Shown here in pieces: positions 60,185 to 64,000 of a stretch of DNA of 64,000 nt. The translations under genes and the position numbers were made by a program. This DNA is from Promethearchaeota archaeon. Its GTDB lineage: Archaea; Asgardarchaeota; Lokiarchaeia; Sigyniarchaeales; SOKP01. The first letter of the stretch is position 1, and each line of letters begins with the position of its first letter. The stretch covers positions 32,001-96,000 of the forward strand of contig JAHLWS010000070.1 of the NCBI GenBank assembly GCA_019057795.1, read 5' to 3'. A model generated the notes under the pieces. The model was not told the origin of the DNA, searched no databases, and saw only the letters and a list, made by a program, of their open reading frames with translations.

Positions 60185-60691
60185 TTAAGTAGATTCTTTT
60201 CCTTTAAACGCGTTTAATAAGTTTTTTAAATTTATATCTTGAATTATGTTTTTCAGTATTGCTTTTCCTAATGGGGTAATTTTTATTATATCTAGATCTT
60301 CAATTTTTCTTAAATAATCATTTTCAATAAGGAATTCAACATTAGCAGCCCAGACTTCTTTGAAAATTTCTTTTAGATCGCTAATTTTTATGTTTTCGTC
60401 TACTTCCTTGCTAAGGGCAAGTATCAAAGCCAAAGTACCGTATTGAGAAGGTGTAATGCTGTCATCTTTACCCTCAGAGGTTAAAACATAGAACCTTTGA
60501 TCTAAAAAATTAGATTTTATGAATTCAAAACCAATTTTCTTTAAATTTAAATAAACTGTGCTTATGATTTGTTCAAAATCGAAATTTTTACTTAAATTCC
60601 GGAGATCCTCTTCTCTAATCATTTTTTGAGGGCTTGTTAAAATAATTTTAGTAATATTTTTTACCGCTTCTTCAAAGTTTGTAATTTCCAT
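60185..60691 (-). CDS. Putative tandem winged-helix protein (KITE: ScpB/Nse1/Nse3-like)
   Basis: L..IGFE...FYVLTS; GTLALILAL; FLIENDYL...ITPLG wing. Confidence 0.5.
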   Translation of the reverse strand: MEITNFEEAVKNITKIILTSPQKMIREEDLRNLSKNFDFEQIISTVYLNLKKIGFEFIKSNFLDQRFYVLTSEGKDDSITPSQYGTLALILALSKEVDENIKISDLKEIFKEVWAANVEFLIENDYLRKIEDLDIIKITPLGKAILKNIIQDINLKNLLNAFKGKEST

Positions 60692-60702
60692 ATTTTTTCT
60701 TA

Positions 60703-62352
60703 TCAACTCTCTTCAACTTTTAAAACTTTTAAATTCTCAATTTCTTTTTTTAATTCTAAATTTGACATAAGAAAGATTAGTTTAAAATTAGTTAGATTAT
60801 CATTAGTTTCGAATATTGGTAATATTTTTCTAATAGTTCTGTAAATGGAACCACCTTTATTATAGATGTTAGGAATGAATAAATTTGAAAACAAGATATT
60901 TTCAGATTTCAAAAGGATTTTAATAGAGAGGAAAAAAGCAATTATGAAATAAACTTTTTCGGGAGTTGTTAATCCTTCAAAGTTGACGTTCTCTTTGTAA
61001 TTTCGTATAAATTTTGTTTGGATAAGAAAAGCCATATTATCGTTGCTAACTACGAGCTGATATATAATTTCTAGATGAATTTCTTTTAAGAAGTTATTCA
61101 AAAAAATTTCAAGATCGTGAATTATAATCTCGAAATTCTTAAAATTTTCAAAGCTTTTAGCAACTTCTTTTTCATTAGTAGAAATATTGATTTTATCACT
61201 ACCAATTTTCAAAATGTTATCAAATTCTCTCAATTTTTCAATTATTAGAGTTAAGTCGCTCAAATTATGAATGTTAAATGTATCTTCTGGAATTGAAATT
61301 TTACCTAACTCCGAGATCGTTTTTCCAATCTCATCTTCAATCTCCACGGATGGTCGTACCGGTTTTAACATTAAGATTCCAGGTTCTTCATCTGGAGCGT
61401 CTATATTGTCTTTTCTTTTCTTTTCGTAATTAGATTTTACTTCCTTTATTCTTTTTTCGTCTTTTTTTATTGTTTCTAAGAGTTCCTCATAATCTTTTTT
61501 ATATATTTCATAATGAGGAGTAAGATTTTCTAGTTTTACTTTAGTTTCATTTGATCTTGATTGAATTTGTTTAATTTCGTATTGAGCTTCTTTCGCTTTT
61601 TTTTGAAGAGCTCGTATCTTTTCGGCATTAGTAAGATTTACATTAATCCCTAATTTCGCAATTAAGTCGTTTTTATATGCATTTAAAGAGCCCTCGATTT
61701 GTCGTGTAATTCTATTAATTTGACTAAAGCATTCTTTTTTAGTTTCGTTTAGATCTCGAATCTGTAGATCATAATTTCTTAATTCTTTTTTTATTTGATC
61801 AACTTGGTTTCTCTGTTGAAAATAATCCTCTTCTAAATAATTCAATTCTTTCCTATTTTTTATTATAGCCTCATTTAATTTTTTAATTAAGTCTATAATT
61901 GATGCTAGATCGCTTGATTTTTTGTAAAGTTTTGATAATTCTAATTCTTCAGATAACTGATTCTTCTTTTGCGTTAAAAAGATATATCTGAAAATTTTCA
62001 ATAATATTTCAATAAGCGAGTTAAAATCAGAAAAAGTTTCTAAATTATATTCCATAATTTTGCTATAGTTAGATAAATAATCTAATATATTTAGAGATTT
62101 ATCTAAGTTAGATAAATGAGTGTTTTGGTTTCGAAAAAGATTAATAAATTTTTTAACAGGGATTAACTCTAAATTGTCAATAATTGCTAAGAAATCTTTA
62201 TTCTTATATAGCTTTAGAGCATCTTTTTTGAATTTACCGACGACTAACGTAAATCTATCTTCTATTAATATTTCTTTCGTTCCAACAGTAAGCTTAAAAT
62301 TATTTAGACTAATAGGTAAATTCACTCCTGATTCTTTTTTAATCAGATTCAA
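60703..62352 (-). CDS. Coiled-coil protein with degenerate SMC/ABC-like C-terminal head
   Basis: Long heptad region; FEGLTTPEKVYFIIAFFLS sits where LSGGE(K) would; no Walker A seen. Confidence 0.55.
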   Translation of the reverse strand: MNLIKKESGVNLPISLNNFKLTVGTKEILIEDRFTLVVGKFKKDALKLYKNKDFLAIIDNLELIPVKKFINLFRNQNTHLSNLDKSLNILDYLSNYSKIMEYNLETFSDFNSLIEILLKIFRYIFLTQKKNQLSEELELSKLYKKSSDLASIIDLIKKLNEAIIKNRKELNYLEEDYFQQRNQVDQIKKELRNYDLQIRDLNETKKECFSQINRITRQIEGSLNAYKNDLIAKLGINVNLTNAEKIRALQKKAKEAQYEIKQIQSRSNETKVKLENLTPHYEIYKKDYEELLETIKKDEKRIKEVKSNYEKKRKDNIDAPDEEPGILMLKPVRPSVEIEDEIGKTISELGKISIPEDTFNIHNLSDLTLIIEKLREFDNILKIGSDKINISTNEKEVAKSFENFKNFEIIIHDLEIFLNNFLKEIHLEIIYQLVVSNDNMAFLIQTKFIRNYKENVNFEGLTTPEKVYFIIAFFLSIKILLKSENILFSNLFIPNIYNKGGSIYRTIRKILPIFETNDNLTNFKLIFLMSNLELKKEIENLKVLKVEES

Positions 62353-63376
62353 AATGATTTTTGAATTTTTTGTATTCTTTTTCTTTTTTTTTCTTTCTTT
62401 CTCTGATTAATTCGATAGGGTCTTTATTATCATCTTTTTGATTTAAATAATTCTCCTTAAAATTTTTATCAAATTGCAATTTAAACTTTTGAATTTTCTC
62501 TGAAACTTCATCTGAAAGTTCTAATTTCTTTTGATTTCCATCTACGATAACATCAGTTAATTTTTCACGTTTTTGTTTTCGTAATCTTCTTTCAAATTCT
62601 TTATTTGAGAATTTCAAATAGTTTTTATAGGTTTCTGTTTGTTCTTCTTGTTTTCTTTTTAATTCTTCGATTTCATATTTTTCTTTTCTTTCATTTACAA
62701 ATTCTTTTCTAGCTAATAATTCTTCTTCCGTCAGTTTACTCTCAGCAGTTTGTAAGAATTCTTCATAAGTTAACTCAGGATTTAAATAAAATTGTTGTTC
62801 AAATTCTTTAATAAAAGAAGAATCTATACTGTCAGGAATTCTACTTAATTCGTCTTCTAATCTTTTATCTATTAAATTACTATGATGTTTTTTTAATTGT
62901 TCGACAGAAGTTAAAAAGAGAGAATTTCGGTTTAGAGCATCTATTAATTCTAACCATTGATTTATCCCAATGGAAGAAATATAAGATGTTTGACTAATAA
63001 TTTTACTAATTTTTCTATTTTCAATTAAATCTAAACCAATAATTTTAGTATTAATTTCATTTAAACTAATTAGTTTTAGATGATCTTTAAAGTCATTTCT
63101 ATATTTATTAAGGAGTTTGTTTTGTAGGTCTAGAAATCTATTTATGTTATTATTTGAGATGTTTTCTAGGTTTTTATAGATATTACTTAGGATTTTTGTT
63201 AATTCATTTAATTGATTAATAAACGATTCATCGTCGAAATATTGGGATATTAATCGTTTTTCTGCTTCTAATTTTTTAGCGATATTAGTTATTTGGTTAA
63301 CTTTTCCTTGAAGATTTTCTATGGGAGATGTAAAATCTCTAATTTTTTCAAGGTTAAATAATTGATTTTCCATCAT
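62339..63376 (-). CDS. Charged coiled-coil hypothetical protein
   Basis: 345-aa E/K-rich ORF overlapping the next gene. Confidence 0.7.
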   Translation of the reverse strand: MMENQLFNLEKIRDFTSPIENLQGKVNQITNIAKKLEAEKRLISQYFDDESFINQLNELTKILSNIYKNLENISNNNINRFLDLQNKLLNKYRNDFKDHLKLISLNEINTKIIGLDLIENRKISKIISQTSYISSIGINQWLELIDALNRNSLFLTSVEQLKKHHSNLIDKRLEDELSRIPDSIDSSFIKEFEQQFYLNPELTYEEFLQTAESKLTEEELLARKEFVNERKEKYEIEELKRKQEEQTETYKNYLKFSNKEFERRLRKQKREKLTDVIVDGNQKKLELSDEVSEKIQKFKLQFDKNFKENYLNQKDDNKDPIELIRERKKKKEKEYKKFKNHFESD

Positions 63377-63423
63377 TTTTAGCTAAAAATTATATTTCGA
63401 AATTAAAATCTTCTAATACGATA

Positions 63424-63999
63424 TTATATCTCTGGTGGACTAAATAATCTTTTATTATTATTTTCAGTTCTTTTCGATCCTATATTCCTTTTGCTCGGAT
63501 TGCTTAAAATGTCTTGTCTCTCAACGTGAATTGCAGTGCCTCCAACTAATTTTAATGAATTGTAAAAATGTTCATAAGTTAAACGTTCTGAATCTATAGC
63601 CTTCAATAAAGATACTTTCGTACCCCTTTCGATATCTGAGCCCGAATATCCAATAGTTAATTCGAGTAAGCCCTTTGTTTTGTTCTTTTTGTTGAATTCA
63701 TTCCATAATATATTATCGTTAAACTCAGTGATGGTATAACCTAATTTACTTTCTAAACTTATTGTAATTGCCTTAAGTCTTTCGTATTCATCATTTAAAT
63801 TAGCTAAAATCGATTTATCAACGCCAATTTTTGCTTTTTCTACCTTATTAAGGAAAGATTCAATGATCTGCTTTCTTAGATGAAAATCGGGGAATTCAAA
63901 GCTAAAATGAAAGGTAAATCGTCTCCAAATAGCGGAATCTAATTGGTTTTGATGATTTGTTGCTCCAAATATCGCTAAAGGTACGCCTTGATAATTTAT
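63424..63999 (-). CDS. AAA+ ATPase, C-terminal part (5' end outside window)
   Basis: Frame open from the window edge: IFGATNHQNQLDSAIWRRF (SRH), GYSGSDI. Includes the called 60-aa ORF. Confidence 0.85.
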   Translation of the reverse strand: MNYQGVPLAIFGATNHQNQLDSAIWRRFTFHFSFEFPDFHLRKQIIESFLNKVEKAKIGVDKSILANLNDEYERLKAITISLESKLGYTITEFNDNILWNEFNKKNKTKGLLELTIGYSGSDIERGTKVSLLKAIDSERLTYEHFYNSLKLVGGTAIHVERQDILSNPSKRNIGSKRTENNNKRLFSPPEI

Positions 64000-64000
64000 T

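Overview
AT-rich (roughly 70% by eye) archaeal chromosomal window, very probably Asgard/Lokiarchaeia. Evidence: aIF5A, SRP54, FEN1, Nob1, Cdc48, GatDE, uL2, Elp3, Nop5/fibrillarin, archaeal MAT and SmAP3, plus longin-like and Roadblock proteins. It is mostly housekeeping and metabolic genes. I recognised no tRNA, rRNA, CRISPR array or transposase. Top finding: an alpha/beta-hydrolase gene (28495-29169) is interrupted inside its conserved HPHPxYGG motif by a 33-nt insert (28614-28646). The insert carries an in-frame UAA and is flanked by a canonical bulge-helix-bulge (BHB) structure, so it is a candidate tRNA-endonuclease-spliced mRNA intron in a non-cbf5 gene. Other notable items: a diverged tandem duplication encoding two 9-aa micro-ORFs, each followed by a covarying hairpin; three genes that appear to start at ATC/ATT; an unannotated LITAF-like protein; an AN1-zinc-finger rhomboid pseudoprotease; a degenerate SMC-like plus KITE-like module; a DUF885-like gene with one in-frame TAG; and a glycyl radical enzyme with an atypical GCVG loop. 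All family calls come from motif recognition by eye; no database searches were run.
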